A stretch of 64,000 nt of DNA, taken from the IMG/VR virus record IMGVR_UViG_3300017963_000203, positions 66,895-130,894 of that record. One strand, written 5' to 3'. The notes beneath the pieces are model-generated. The model was not told the origin of the DNA. It saw only the letters and a list, made by a program, of their open reading frames with translations, and made no database searches. Positions 19,378 to 29,005 of the stretch are shown here, in pieces. The first letter of the stretch is position 1. Each line of letters opens with the position of its first letter. Position numbers and translations under genes: made by a program. This DNA is from a virus.

Positions 19378-19899
19378 TTGTCTGGACTATACAACATGCT
19401 GATGGGGCACAACCCGGCCTTCGGGCTTCTCTGCGCCATGGTTGGCATCACACGAGACACCGCACAATTCATGGGCCGTGTGCGAGACGCATGGATCTCG
19501 GAGGATGCCAAGACCATCGGCGTTCTCCACCGAAACTACGGCGAAGACGGAGAATTCGCCAACCAGAATGCGGCCAAACTCCCGAATTTCCGGGAGCAAC
19601 AGGCTTGTGATGACTCCACGTATCAGGTCTGGTTGTTCGACGTGCCACCTGAGGGAGAGGAGATTGCCAAACAGATCGCTGAACACTCGGACAACACGCC
19701 TTGCTGGGAGCGATACACGCAGGCTATAGTGGACATGAGAGCCGGCAAGGAGACGCCCCAGACCAAGCACATGATGGACGTCGGCAAAAAGATCATGGGC
19801 GGCCTGTCAGAATCCCTGAAAGACGGGGAGTCTCGGACGGTGGAGACGGAGGATGGTGGTATCGACATTATCGCCCCGGGCGGGGGAGGCGCGTCATGA
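19378..19899 (+). CDS. hypothetical protein
   Basis: GAGGAGG RBS then TTG; LYNMLxGxNP, GRxRDAW, DDSTY. Confidence 0.7.
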   Translation: MSGLYNMLMGHNPAFGLLCAMVGITRDTAQFMGRVRDAWISEDAKTIGVLHRNYGEDGEFANQNAAKLPNFREQQACDDSTYQVWLFDVPPEGEEIAKQIAEHSDNTPCWERYTQAIVDMRAGKETPQTKHMMDVGKKIMGGLSESLKDGESRTVETEDGGIDIIAPGGGGAS

Positions 19900-20285
19900 G
19901 ACTGAGAGAAGGGATGCTCGTGCGGACGAGCTACGAGACAGGTCCGTACGAGATCCTTTCGATCACGCGCGGATGCACCTGTCCTGAATACCTCGATGAA
20001 CTCGAGATGGACGAACCACCGCCATCCAGACCCCACATCCACCTCATCTGCATCAAACCAAGCGGTTCCAAACGGAACAAGTTTTACCTGGGCGGCTACG
20101 ATGAAGAAACACTGGAATCCGTCTGGACAAAATACACACGACCGGACTCAGCCATCCCTCACGACCGGCTATACGTCGTATCGCCACGAGAGGTTTTCAC
20201 GCAACTCCTCCTGTTCCCGAGGCCCAATGAAGAAGCAAGCACTCGCGCTCGCTTACGGGAAAGGCGGCGTTCTGCTCGGAGATGA
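19896..20285 (+). CDS. hypothetical protein
   Basis: GGAGG RBS, ATGA overlap. Confidence 0.6.
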   Translation: MRLREGMLVRTSYETGPYEILSITRGCTCPEYLDELEMDEPPPSRPHIHLICIKPSGSKRNKFYLGGYDEETLESVWTKYTRPDSAIPHDRLYVVSPREVFTQLLLFPRPNEEASTRARLRERRRSARR

Positions 20286-21126
20286 TCACATGAACGACGA
20301 ACTTCTCCTCGATGAGAGGACCCCACGCCTGAAGGCGTTCGACGCCATCATCGTCAACTCTTCTGCTGGAAAAGACAGCCAGTGTGCCCTCGAGACCGTG
20401 GCACGTCTGCGAGCAAAGCAGAAAGTCTTCCCGCCCATCATTGTGAGCCACCAGGATCTTGGCCACATGGAGTGGCCCGACTCGAAGGCTCTGGCCGCCA
20501 GACAGACCCAGCAGTACGGATTCCGATTCGAGGTCAGCAAGTACAGGAATCGCTACGGCGACTACCTCAACTTGCTCGAGTACGTAGAAGCCAGGAAGAA
20601 GTGGCCCGACAACAAGAACAGGTTCTGCACCAGCGAGTTCAAACGCGGACCGGGCTCCCGTGTGGTGACAAAGATCTCGAAGGAACTCCGGACATCCGGA
20701 ATCCAACGACCCAGGATTCTCCACGTCTTCGGATTTCGGTCGGAGGAATCCCCGGCACGCAAGAAGAAGGTCGTCTTCGAAGAGAACAGACGACTCAGCC
20801 GTGGGACACAGGAGGTGTGGGACTGGCTGCCGATCCACCACTGGAAAGAGGACCGCGTCTGGGACACCATCCATGACGAGGAACTCCCCCATCACCCGGC
20901 CTACGACCTGGGAATGCCACGTCTCTCATGCGTCTTCTGCATCTTCGCGCCGAGGGCGGCGCTCATCATCGCCGGCAAACACATGCCTGGTCTCCTCGAG
21001 AGGTACGTAGCCCTCGAGAAAAGAATCCAGCACGATTTTCGTCATAAGATGCCGCTCCGTGAAATCCTTCAGGCCGTACAAGACGGCGAAACCCCGATGT
21101 GCACGGATGGCGCCTGGAACATGTAG
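20227..21126 (+). CDS. phosphoadenosine phosphosulfate (PAPS) reductase family protein
   Basis: PP-loop SSAGKDSQ, RFCTSEFK, GFRSEESPAR, WLPIHHW, HPAY.LG..RLSCVFCI; start uncertain (20227 or 20290). Confidence 0.85.
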   Translation: MKKQALALAYGKGGVLLGDDHMNDELLLDERTPRLKAFDAIIVNSSAGKDSQCALETVARLRAKQKVFPPIIVSHQDLGHMEWPDSKALAARQTQQYGFRFEVSKYRNRYGDYLNLLEYVEARKKWPDNKNRFCTSEFKRGPGSRVVTKISKELRTSGIQRPRILHVFGFRSEESPARKKKVVFEENRRLSRGTQEVWDWLPIHHWKEDRVWDTIHDEELPHHPAYDLGMPRLSCVFCIFAPRAALIIAGKHMPGLLERYVALEKRIQHDFRHKMPLREILQAVQDGETPMCTDGAWNM

Positions 21127-21134
21127 GAGACACC

Positions 21135-21848
21135 ATGAATCGAAAGCAATGGACGACGCTGATGGACGGCGACGACCTCATCCTCGCCCACAAGATCGGA
21201 GACACCGGCTACTGGTGGGTCCTCTCCACCACTGATCTGGTATCGTGCTGCGGAGAGGAGGAGGCTGCCGAAATCTCTGGCAGCAAACGGATGCCCATCA
21301 TGGGCGACCTTGACCTCGTCCCCGGGAAGGGGGTGGTCTCGGAAGAGCAACAGGCCAAGGTACTGGAATCATGCGGATGGGAGGGTGCACCAGACACAGA
21401 GGAGGCTTGGGTTGAGATGGCGCGGTCCTATGGGCTCAAGGTTCCGGTGAACCACGCCTATGGAGCGACGAACGAGAGCGCCATTAAAAAGGCCCTCAAG
21501 GAAGCGTGTGTGGATCTCGACGGCAATGTGGATCACCACCTCGACCGCACCGTCAACAGAATCGGTCAGACAGGTCGGGAAAGTCTGGCCGGCGACATGC
21601 AGTCCTGCCTCAAGCGCGCTCGCTGTCGCGAAGACGCGTCTGACGAGCAACGGCTGGTGGCCCAAATATCAGGCCCCCGTGTGCGCCAGGTCAGGCAGAG
21701 CAACCTCACCTCCGAATGCTGGAACGTCCAGGTTTGGGGCCTGGAACGGTACGACGAGTGCGAATTCAAGGGAACTTCGGAGTGCGGTGGCCAGGAGATC
21801 CGAAAGACGGGAAAGAACAAGAAGGGACACAAAGTCCCGATTTCCTGA
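21135..21848 (+). CDS. hypothetical protein
   Basis: AGGAG RBS. Confidence 0.7.
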   Translation: MNRKQWTTLMDGDDLILAHKIGDTGYWWVLSTTDLVSCCGEEEAAEISGSKRMPIMGDLDLVPGKGVVSEEQQAKVLESCGWEGAPDTEEAWVEMARSYGLKVPVNHAYGATNESAIKKALKEACVDLDGNVDHHLDRTVNRIGQTGRESLAGDMQSCLKRARCREDASDEQRLVAQISGPRVRQVRQSNLTSECWNVQVWGLERYDECEFKGTSECGGQEIRKTGKNKKGHKVPIS

Positions 21849-21859
21849 GAGGAGGCGCC

Positions 21860-22180
21860 ATGCGAGGAAAGGGCTGGCAAGGTCACAACATCTTTCGTTT
21901 CTGGAGAGTCGAGACGAGCCTCGGAGTCTTCGTACCCCTGACCAGGGAAGGAAAATTCATCGTCCCGGTGCTCGAGTTTGACAAGATCGGAAAAGATGGC
22001 GACTTCACCAAACCATACACCTACACGCTTGAGTACATGGACTACAGATACGACCCGAACCTCGCCATGGTGAGCCGCAACGACGTGCCCGAGAGCATCA
22101 AGGACTACTTCCGGGAGTTCTGCCGGAGCGGCGAGGAGAAGCGTGAGGGCGTGAAGCAGGAGGAGGTGGGTGTCTCATGA
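21860..22180 (+). CDS. hypothetical protein
   Basis: GGAGG RBS. Confidence 0.65.
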   Translation: MRGKGWQGHNIFRFWRVETSLGVFVPLTREGKFIVPVLEFDKIGKDGDFTKPYTYTLEYMDYRYDPNLAMVSRNDVPESIKDYFREFCRSGEEKREGVKQEEVGVS

Positions 22181-22503
22181 AGAAGCTGGCACCGCCATAC
22201 GAGTACCTCGGAGAAGACGACTGGTCTCGCAAGCTGTTCAAGACCAACACAGGCGTGACCCTGGTCGACGTGGACGGCGAGCTCTACACCATCGCAAGAT
22301 ACGCCGAGTTCGGGGAGGGTTGGGGGGAGCCTGACCATCCGACAGGAATCGAGACCCCTTCGACGGAACCGCACTACGACGCTGTTTGGGTCGATGCGCC
22401 GATGCCCGTGGACTACACGTGCTGTTGCGGCCTCTCCGTACACCCATCGAAGAGAAACCCGGAGGCAATTCACATTTCGGACTGCCCATACAAGGAGGTG
22501 TGA
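22177..22503 (+). CDS. hypothetical protein
   Basis: ATGA overlap; 'WGEP' motif. Confidence 0.65.
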   Translation: MKKLAPPYEYLGEDDWSRKLFKTNTGVTLVDVDGELYTIARYAEFGEGWGEPDHPTGIETPSTEPHYDAVWVDAPMPVDYTCCCGLSVHPSKRNPEAIHISDCPYKEV

Positions 22504-22505
22504 CG

Positions 22506-22949
22506 GTGTTCGTGAAAGACACAAAGCGTGGCTATACGGCGGATGGCCAGCAGAAGGCTTCGGGAAAGTTCCTGATGCTCTTCCAGGACCCGCTCCACGA
22601 AGGGCTTCGACCTCCGCTCCGGGCCTGTGTCCGGTCCGTGCACCTGCGCCAGCTCGGTCACTTCATGATGGGGGTCGTCAACTTGGCCGGCCAGGAGATC
22701 AGCCTGTCCGGGTCCTACGGGAGCGATGGCCTGCCCATCTACCTGAACCACAAGGTGAGTCACGAGGCTATCACAGCCGACGGCATCAAGAATCTGTGGG
22801 AGCAGCTCACGCCGCTTCCCCAGGAGTTGCAGGACGCCTTTTGGGAAGGCGGCGGACACAACTGCGCGGGCAAGGAGGCCGGGGCTATGCTCGAGTGGGC
22901 CCTGACGAACTTCAAAGAGCTCACGAAACCAATCAGGAGATCATTATGA
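22506..22949 (+). CDS. hypothetical protein
   Basis: AAGGAGG RBS then GTG; LRQLGHFMMG, SGSYGSDGLP, FWEGGGHN. Confidence 0.7.
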   Translation: MFVKDTKRGYTADGQQKASGKFLMLFQDPLHEGLRPPLRACVRSVHLRQLGHFMMGVVNLAGQEISLSGSYGSDGLPIYLNHKVSHEAITADGIKNLWEQLTPLPQELQDAFWEGGGHNCAGKEAGAMLEWALTNFKELTKPIRRSL

Positions 22950-23236
22950 GCTTCTATGCAGTCTACCACTCCCTGGACGGGAAGACGCTCGTCGGAGGCG
23001 TGATCGACAGCGAGACGTCAAGGTTCCAGCGACGAGAGGACGTTGAGACCCGTATCTCGTCGATCAAGGAGGTCAACGCTGGTCGCAAGATTCGCTTCCA
23101 AATCATCGAGTCCGAACTGCCCCCGGAGATCTTCCACCACTGCAACGACGTGCCGGCGACCTGCGTGGGGTGCGTGTGTTCCGGCTGCGGGAAGCTTTTG
23201 ACCGACGCGGACGCCGAAGCCGCAGCGAGGAGGTGA
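22946..23236 (+). CDS. hypothetical protein
   Basis: AGGAG RBS; C-terminal Cys cluster. Confidence 0.6.
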   Translation: MSFYAVYHSLDGKTLVGGVIDSETSRFQRREDVETRISSIKEVNAGRKIRFQIIESELPPEIFHHCNDVPATCVGCVCSGCGKLLTDADAEAAARR

Positions 23237-23240
23237 GCAC

Positions 23241-23474
23241 GTGAATCTCTCTGTGAAGCATCTGCGGATCAACCCGTACAACCAGAACCCGGAGGAAGTT
23301 CCGGAGGGCACGGAATACGGGTTCTGGCGCATCGTGGAGCACACTGGGGCCGGGTGGTTCGAGTGGGACGGTCTGTACAAGACCAAGGAGGAGGCCGAAA
23401 CCGCTATGAAGAAGGCCCTTGAAGCGGAGGAACGCAAGCATGGACCCGAACGAGTGTCTGAAGAAAATCGATGA
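23241..23474 (+). CDS. hypothetical protein
   Basis: GGAGG RBS then GTG. Confidence 0.6.
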   Translation: MNLSVKHLRINPYNQNPEEVPEGTEYGFWRIVEHTGAGWFEWDGLYKTKEEAETAMKKALEAEERKHGPERVSEENR

Positions 23475-23637
23475 CTTCCTCCGCGCCTACAAATCGGGCG
23501 ACGAGGTGGACCAGTGGTGCCGTGACCTCATGGAGTGGCTCGACAAGGGCGGCTTCGAACCCGACTGGAACGAGTACGAGTGGGGCACGAACTATTTCAA
23601 GTGCCGCCGAATCGAAGAAGCAAGAGCCGGGAGGTGA
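23440..23637 (+). CDS. hypothetical protein
   Basis: MDPNECL..L.EWL.KGGFEP. Confidence 0.65.
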   Translation: MDPNECLKKIDDFLRAYKSGDEVDQWCRDLMEWLDKGGFEPDWNEYEWGTNYFKCRRIEEARAGR

Positions 23638-23639
23638 TC

Positions 23640-24059
23640 GTGTCCAAGCGTTTCTGTCCGATCTGTCACGTCGAAATCGACATCTTGTGGTCGGTCGAAG
23701 GGTGTCACGGTGACGAGGTCATCATCGGAGTGTGCAAGGAACACGGCGCCGTGAAGCCCATTCTGGAGGAAAAGCAGCCTATGATCATCGGTCACGCCGG
23801 CGACAAGGCCTATCTGGATGGAATCTCCGGAATGGTGCCTTGCATCGTTCTGAAGGTGACTCCTGAGGAAGTCCTCGTGAGAATGGACGCCAAGAAGGGG
23901 GTCCTGTCCTGGCACGGAATCCAGGAGTACGGGGATTGGAATGAGGAGGTGTCTTGGACGCACAACCAGGTGGTGCCAGAACGTGCTGTTCGTTGGCCGG
24001 ACGGCAAGAACTCGTTTCATCCGAGGATCATGCCCTACAAGTGGGAGGTGACCTCATGA
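23640..24059 (+). CDS. hypothetical protein
   Basis: GGAGG RBS then GTG; CPIC, CxxH. Confidence 0.6.
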   Translation: MSKRFCPICHVEIDILWSVEGCHGDEVIIGVCKEHGAVKPILEEKQPMIIGHAGDKAYLDGISGMVPCIVLKVTPEEVLVRMDAKKGVLSWHGIQEYGDWNEEVSWTHNQVVPERAVRWPDGKNSFHPRIMPYKWEVTS

Positions 24060-24379
24060 CCAGAGTCGCCAAAGCCACCTGCCATCTCTGCGGGATCGAC
24101 TACACGTGGCTTATGAGCGGGCGATGGTTCCGCGGAACGAAGGATACCTGTGATCGATCCAGCACGCTGTGCCCGGACTGTTACGAGAAGGTCATGGCGG
24201 GAATAGCAAAATGGTGCCAGGAGCGATCTCAGAATGACTGGAACGGCTTCGTGGATCACCTCGCCAACCAGAAGAGAATGCCGCTCCAGGCCATCCTGGT
24301 CGTGCTCGACGCGCTCGACAAGTTCTGCCCAGAGTGCTTCGATGCTGAGCGCCCATGCTTCTGTTCGAGGGATGACTGA
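24056..24379 (+). CDS. hypothetical multi-CxxC protein
   Basis: GGAGG RBS; CHLC, CPDC, CPEC. Confidence 0.65.
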   Translation: MTRVAKATCHLCGIDYTWLMSGRWFRGTKDTCDRSSTLCPDCYEKVMAGIAKWCQERSQNDWNGFVDHLANQKRMPLQAILVVLDALDKFCPECFDAERPCFCSRDD

Positions 24380-24816
24380 TGGAAAAACGATTCGTGTACT
24401 CCTGTCCCAACTGTGGTTCGACAGAAGTCCAGCTACGCTATCCCGTGTGGGTGGATGCGAATAACATCGACGACAAGGAGAAATGGGAGTTGGATTTCGA
24501 GGCTTCACCAGAAAAGGACAGCGACTCCGGCTACTGCATGGAGTGCGGCAACACAGAACTCCTGAAGAAGGAGGTGGTCGACGAGCCGGAACTGATAGGA
24601 GGACCTGTGAAAGCGGAAACAAGATTTGTCTGTAAACACTGCTCGAAAGAAAACTGTCTCGAGCACTGCCAGGAGACCGAAGACGGAAAACATGAGGCGG
24701 ACCCGCAGAGCGCGACCGTCCCGGCCGGCTCCGAGTTCCTGGTGGACTACACGTGCAAGCACTGTGGTCAATCCGGCTCCCTGGCCGTAGACGAGAAGGA
24801 CATCATGTGGGAGTGA
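24379..24816 (+). CDS. hypothetical multi-zinc-ribbon protein
   Basis: CPNC, CMEC, CKHC (x2). Confidence 0.7.
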   Translation: MEKRFVYSCPNCGSTEVQLRYPVWVDANNIDDKEKWELDFEASPEKDSDSGYCMECGNTELLKKEVVDEPELIGGPVKAETRFVCKHCSKENCLEHCQETEDGKHEADPQSATVPAGSEFLVDYTCKHCGQSGSLAVDEKDIMWE

Positions 24817-24829
24817 GAGGGGGTGTTGC

Positions 24830-25249
24830 ATGGGAGGAAGCCTGAACCACATCCTGGGGGTCGACGGCGAATTCACGATGGTGTGCATCGACAACCTTGG
24901 CGACGCCTACGAGGCCTTGAAGGAGTGCTTCGACCTCATCGTGATTCTTTCCGAAGGGGATTGCAGCCACGTGTCAGCCGCCTGTCGGCGTCTCGGAATC
25001 GTAGACCCGTACCGAAAGGAAGATCGCCTCGACGACGAGCCCATGCCCGAACCCATGGCAGTTCCGGAGCGCGTTCGGGTCAGATCTCAGACCGCATGGC
25101 CTCCCCACGAGATCCTCCGACGCCTCGTCGACCTTGCCGAATACACGCTCATTGACCAGAGCTGTGATCGACACGGACACGAGGTCGACCGCGCGGCCGT
25201 AGACGCCGCCAAGGAACTCCTGAGAGACATGGGTCATCCAATCTACTGA
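24830..25249 (+). CDS. hypothetical protein
   Basis: ORF ending at terminator. Confidence 0.65.
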   Translation: MGGSLNHILGVDGEFTMVCIDNLGDAYEALKECFDLIVILSEGDCSHVSAACRRLGIVDPYRKEDRLDDEPMPEPMAVPERVRVRSQTAWPPHEILRRLVDLAEYTLIDQSCDRHGHEVDRAAVDAAKELLRDMGHPIY

Positions 25250-25270
25250 GAGCCGAAAGGCTCTCTTTTT
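25248..25270 (+). terminator. GAGAGCC-family terminator
   Basis: GAGAGCC-gaaa-GGCTCTC-TTTTT. Confidence 0.8.
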
Positions 25271-25292
25271 ACACCCCCTTTCTGTCATGAGA
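25267..25292 (+). promoter_or_regulatory. putative phage promoter TTTTAC-N11-GTCATGAGA
   Basis: Recurring motif overlapping the terminator T-tract. Confidence 0.6.
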
Positions 25293-25313
25293 ACTATGGA
25301 AGGGAGGCGTTTG

Positions 25314-25574
25314 ATGATCGTGGATCTCAAGGCCATGCGTATCGGTGCCGGGTTCAAGCAACAAGACATCGGCGATCGACTCGGAATCACACAGAGCCAG
25401 GTCAGCCGGTACGAGAAGAACCCAGGAGCAATCTCGCTCAGACTGCTCACGCTGTGGGTGAGCGCCTGCGGAGGCCGCATCACCATCGGATACCACTGCC
25501 CAGAAGAAATCATTACAGTTCCTGGGAAGTGGGTGACCCGTGAGTTGACCCCTCACAAACCCGGAGAGCCGTAG
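25314..25574 (+). CDS. Xre/Cro-type helix-turn-helix regulator
   Basis: LKAMRIGAGFKQQDIGDRLGITQSQVSRYE; monocistronic between two terminators. Confidence 0.85.
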   Translation: MIVDLKAMRIGAGFKQQDIGDRLGITQSQVSRYEKNPGAISLRLLTLWVSACGGRITIGYHCPEEIITVPGKWVTRELTPHKPGEP

Positions 25575-25586
25575 GCTCTCTTTTTT
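25564..25586 (+). terminator. GAGAGCC-family terminator
   Basis: GAGAGCC-gta-GGCTCTC-TTTTTT. Confidence 0.75.
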
Positions 25587-25597
25587 CTGGAGGTGAG

Positions 25598-25843
25598 ATG
25601 AAGACCGATTATCCATACATGACGTTCACCGAGGTCACCAATCCCGGGAAGAAAACGAAAATCTGGGAGATCGCCAGCAAGAGCAACGGAGGTCTCCTGG
25701 GACGCATCAAGTGGTATGGGGCCTGGCGCCAGTACTGCTTCTTCCCTGAGCCGGACACCATCTTTAACATTGGCTGCCTCGCTGACATCGACGCATTCAT
25801 TCACGATGCGATGAGGGATTGGAGGAAAGAACGTGGAGCGTGA
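25598..25843 (+). CDS. hypothetical phage protein
   Basis: LGRIKWYGAWRQYCFFP..CLxDI. Confidence 0.75.
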   Translation: MKTDYPYMTFTEVTNPGKKTKIWEIASKSNGGLLGRIKWYGAWRQYCFFPEPDTIFNIGCLADIDAFIHDAMRDWRKERGA

Positions 25844-26624
25844 AACACCGAAAAACCGACCCAGGAAAGGACAAGACCCGTTCGAGAAGTTCAAGGAGGC
25901 CTACCCGGCCACATTCAAGGTCGGTGACGACCATGTGCTACATGAGGAGTTCCTTCATGAGCGGCTACGCTTCGCCTTCGACCAAGGCAGGCAGTCAGCG
26001 GCCCAGCCGGCGGAAAGCATCGGCATGTGGACCGAGCGCATGGCGAGCGCCACGAAGATGCTCGACAAGTTGGGCGAAATGTCCGGCGTAGCCAAGACCG
26101 TCGACATCAACTTCGCCATCGAAGCCGCCCTCTCCCTCAAGAAGCTCGCGAACGAACTCTACTCGGAGGTCAAACGCCTCGGAGTCCCAGCCACCGAGGA
26201 AGAGATCGCCAGGCACCTCGACGTCTATGGCAACGCGTTCATCTTCGAAGGTCACCTCCTCAACCCGGCGAGAATGGTCATCAAGCTCGTCAAGGAGCGG
26301 GCCGGCGTGACAGCCCCGACGAACTACGAAGTGGTGCGGCGTGTAAAAATCGGAAGACCGTGGCCGAGTAAAACCCTCGAAGAAGAGGCCGTGGACATCA
26401 TTCGCGAGTTCCACGATCTCTACTTCGAGGACGGAAAGCCCAAACTCCCTCCGACGGACCTGGCCGGAATCCATAGAGATGGCCTGGCCATGATAAAGAT
26501 TCTGAACCGGGTTCATCGCCTCCTCGAAGGAGAAGACCTAACGGAGGTTCCGGGCATGTCGGGCAACGACCTCGGCGCACTCATGCCAGATTGTAAGGAC
26601 TACACCTACAAGGAGGAGGAATGA
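25833..26624 (+). CDS. hypothetical protein
   Basis: GGAGG RBS then GTG. Confidence 0.7.
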   Translation: MERETPKNRPRKGQDPFEKFKEAYPATFKVGDDHVLHEEFLHERLRFAFDQGRQSAAQPAESIGMWTERMASATKMLDKLGEMSGVAKTVDINFAIEAALSLKKLANELYSEVKRLGVPATEEEIARHLDVYGNAFIFEGHLLNPARMVIKLVKERAGVTAPTNYEVVRRVKIGRPWPSKTLEEEAVDIIREFHDLYFEDGKPKLPPTDLAGIHRDGLAMIKILNRVHRLLEGEDLTEVPGMSGNDLGALMPDCKDYTYKEEE

Positions 26625-26842
26625 CTGACGAGATCGAAGTTCAGGTGAACGGACGAACGTACTTGAAGACTGCTGACCACACCGCCCTCGTCATCGTCAA
26701 GTCCGACCGACTCGATGAAGGCCAGGAGCTTCAGGTCCGATTCACCCAAGAAGGGATTGTCGCCGACCTGGTCGAGGATGGCCTGGTCGTTCAGACCTTC
26801 TCCAACATGTACGACGAGTTCGTGGAGGGCCTTCTGCGATGA
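26621..26842 (+). CDS. hypothetical protein
   Basis: GGAGGA RBS. Confidence 0.65.
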   Translation: MTDEIEVQVNGRTYLKTADHTALVIVKSDRLDEGQELQVRFTQEGIVADLVEDGLVVQTFSNMYDEFVEGLLR

Positions 26843-27057
26843 GAATCAAGATCTACATCGAGACCGGGAACGCAGCCTTCGACGGAGATCCCCTTCCAGA
26901 GATCAGGAGAATCCTGGCGACGATTCCGAACAAGATCCAGGAGCAAATGGCGAGACCGCCGTCTGCCTGCAACGCGCCAGAAGCCGCCGACTGGCTGTAC
27001 GACGTCAACGGGAATAAGGCCGGGCGCATCAACGTGGACACGAGATGGAGGGGATGA
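26839..27057 (+). CDS. hypothetical phage protein
   Basis: I.TGNAAF..E..RIL..L.DVNGNK.G. Confidence 0.7.
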   Translation: MRIKIYIETGNAAFDGDPLPEIRRILATIPNKIQEQMARPPSACNAPEAADWLYDVNGNKAGRINVDTRWRG

Positions 27058-27058
27058 A

Positions 27059-27628
27059 GTGACTAATGGTGACAGAAAGCAGCGGCGAACCCGGTGCCAC
27101 AAGCACCCCGACATGCTCACCGAAGATAGATGCCCCCGTTGTGAGGTCGAGCGGCTGAAGAAGCTGAACGAGGACCTTCGGGCAGTGGCCGGCATCCACG
27201 GACAAAAAGCCACCGTCTACGTCTCCTACCAGTGGCGAAAGGTCCTGGCCCCACTCTTACAGATACTCGCGCTCCCGGAGAGGGAGGGTGAGTGGAACGA
27301 CCCGAAGGTCCACATCGGGAAGGGGTCGGGGAGCGGAGACCGCGCCATCAAAATGCCCAAGGACCTGGCCGAAAAGATCGCCGAGATCGCCGATGAGATG
27401 GACAAGGAGTATGTCAAGGCCCTCCTCCAAGGATACAACGACGGCCTTCAGATCGTTTCCTCGTCCATGGGCGAGGTGTTCGACCGAATGACCAAGCACA
27501 GGGTCAAGCTGGACGCGAAGAGGCTGAAGAAGCTCTTCGCCAAGGACAAGTGCTACCGCGGCGAGTTCAACATCGCCAGAGACGCTCTCCAGAAAGAACT
27601 GTTCGCCATCTTCGACAAGGAGGACTGA
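27059..27628 (+). CDS. hypothetical protein
   Basis: GGAGG RBS then GTG; CxxH..CxxC then coiled region. Confidence 0.65.
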   Translation: MTNGDRKQRRTRCHKHPDMLTEDRCPRCEVERLKKLNEDLRAVAGIHGQKATVYVSYQWRKVLAPLLQILALPEREGEWNDPKVHIGKGSGSGDRAIKMPKDLAEKIAEIADEMDKEYVKALLQGYNDGLQIVSSSMGEVFDRMTKHRVKLDAKRLKKLFAKDKCYRGEFNIARDALQKELFAIFDKED

Positions 27629-27629
27629 C

Positions 27630-27836
27630 GTGGACAGAGAGCCCGACCAGTGGACGAGGAAGACTCCGATCACCTTTCAAGAGCTCGCTGATCTTCGCAA
27701 GAAGGCCGTAGAAGCTCTCGACGAGACCGTAGGGTCACCGGTCTCATTCACCTGCGACAACTGCCCATGGGCCACGGTATGCACCCTGGTCTTCGATGGG
27801 TACAACACCAACGGAGACTGCCTTTGGGAGAAATGA
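27630..27836 (+). CDS. hypothetical Cys-rich protein
   Basis: FTCDNC..C.L.FD.YNTNGDCL. Confidence 0.65.
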   Translation: MDREPDQWTRKTPITFQELADLRKKAVEALDETVGSPVSFTCDNCPWATVCTLVFDGYNTNGDCLWEK

Positions 27837-27837
27837 G

Positions 27838-28005
27838 ATGTCGTACGAAAATGATTTGGCCTGCAACGAGTGTGGGAGTGAAAAAGACGTGAAAACCGTG
27901 CAGATGCGCCGCCCGGGAAAGGCCACCGGATTCGTCCCGCAGAAGACACGCCTCTGCCGCAAATGCAGAGACAAGAACCACGGGAGATGGAGGTATTGGC
28001 GGTGA
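27838..28005 (+). CDS. small zinc-finger protein
   Basis: CNEC..CRKC. Confidence 0.55.
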   Translation: MSYENDLACNECGSEKDVKTVQMRRPGKATGFVPQKTRLCRKCRDKNHGRWRYWR

Positions 28006-28193
28006 AGATGCACAAATCCATCACGCAAGACCGCGTTATCGCGGCGGTCCACGAGGATGACTGTATCGGCTTCTGCATCGACTGCGGAGCCGAGACCAGC
28101 GGCGTAGAACCCGACGCCAAGGGGTATCCGTGCGACGAGTGCGGATCGAACGCCGTGTACGGAGCCGAACAGCTTCTCTTCGAGTTTCTGTAG
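28002..28193 (+). CDS. small zinc-ribbon protein
   Basis: GFCIDCG..GVEPDA..Y.CDECG..VYGAE. Confidence 0.7.
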   Translation: MKMHKSITQDRVIAAVHEDDCIGFCIDCGAETSGVEPDAKGYPCDECGSNAVYGAEQLLFEFL

Positions 28194-28201
28194 GAGGAAT
28201 C

Positions 28202-28612
28202 GTGGACGCAGAAGAACCAAGAAAAATCGAGAATCTCAAAGACCTGGCGGAAGAGCTCGGGTCCGACGAGACAGAAGCAAGCATGAGCCGGCGCGTATAC
28301 AAAGGAACAAGTTGTGGAGCATGGCTTGCTCACACGTCAAACGGCGTCCGCGTTGGCTCCATCGTCGAAGGAACCGACCAGTGCGCAAATCCCGTCGAAC
28401 TGAGTTTCCCGTTCACGGACAAGGAATTCTGGGCGGCCTTGGATGACATCGAGAAGCAGTGCGATGCCATCTGGAAGGACACGCACGGATGTGAGAAGTG
28501 CTGGCCCAACGGGACCGTCGACCAGTACGGAAATACATTTGAACCGGGTGAAATCGGAGCCCCTGTCAATCCCGACTGTCCGGGATGCGGCGGCGACGGG
28601 ATCATCCTGTGA
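28202..28612 (+). CDS. hypothetical protein
   Basis: GGAGGA RBS; YKGTSCGAW, GSIVEG, CxxC pairs. Confidence 0.7.
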   Translation: MDAEEPRKIENLKDLAEELGSDETEASMSRRVYKGTSCGAWLAHTSNGVRVGSIVEGTDQCANPVELSFPFTDKEFWAALDDIEKQCDAIWKDTHGCEKCWPNGTVDQYGNTFEPGEIGAPVNPDCPGCGGDGIIL

Positions 28613-28622
28613 AGGAGGACCG

Positions 28623-29003
28623 ATGCGAACAGACCCAGATAAATTCATGCTGACGATCTTCTTCGTTGCCATGCTGCTCATGCTCGTTGGATCATGCGCC
28701 GAGAAAAAACCAAACGGGAAGATCGAGGTATCCGCGCCAGCCGTGACCGTTCAGGCGCCCACGCCAATCGTGCTTCCAGCACCCGTGGCGGACTTCGACC
28801 CTACGACCCTCATCAAGAAGACGCTGATGGACCAACGGCCTGAGATCAAGGACTACTTCATCGAGTGGGGGTCAGACAGTCCAACGAACGTCTATTTCCA
28901 GGGAACCTTCGACCTATACGGAGACAAATACGAATACATCGGCACCTGTAAAAAGATGAACACTGGTTGGAAGGTCTGGAACATCGCTATGAAAAAGGAG
29001 TGA
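28623..29003 (+). CDS. putative lipoprotein
   Basis: Hydrophobic N-terminus ending VGS-C (lipobox-like), then Pro-rich linker. Confidence 0.55.
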   Translation: MRTDPDKFMLTIFFVAMLLMLVGSCAEKKPNGKIEVSAPAVTVQAPTPIVLPAPVADFDPTTLIKKTLMDQRPEIKDYFIEWGSDSPTNVYFQGTFDLYGDKYEYIGTCKKMNTGWKVWNIAMKKE

Positions 29004-29005
29004 CC

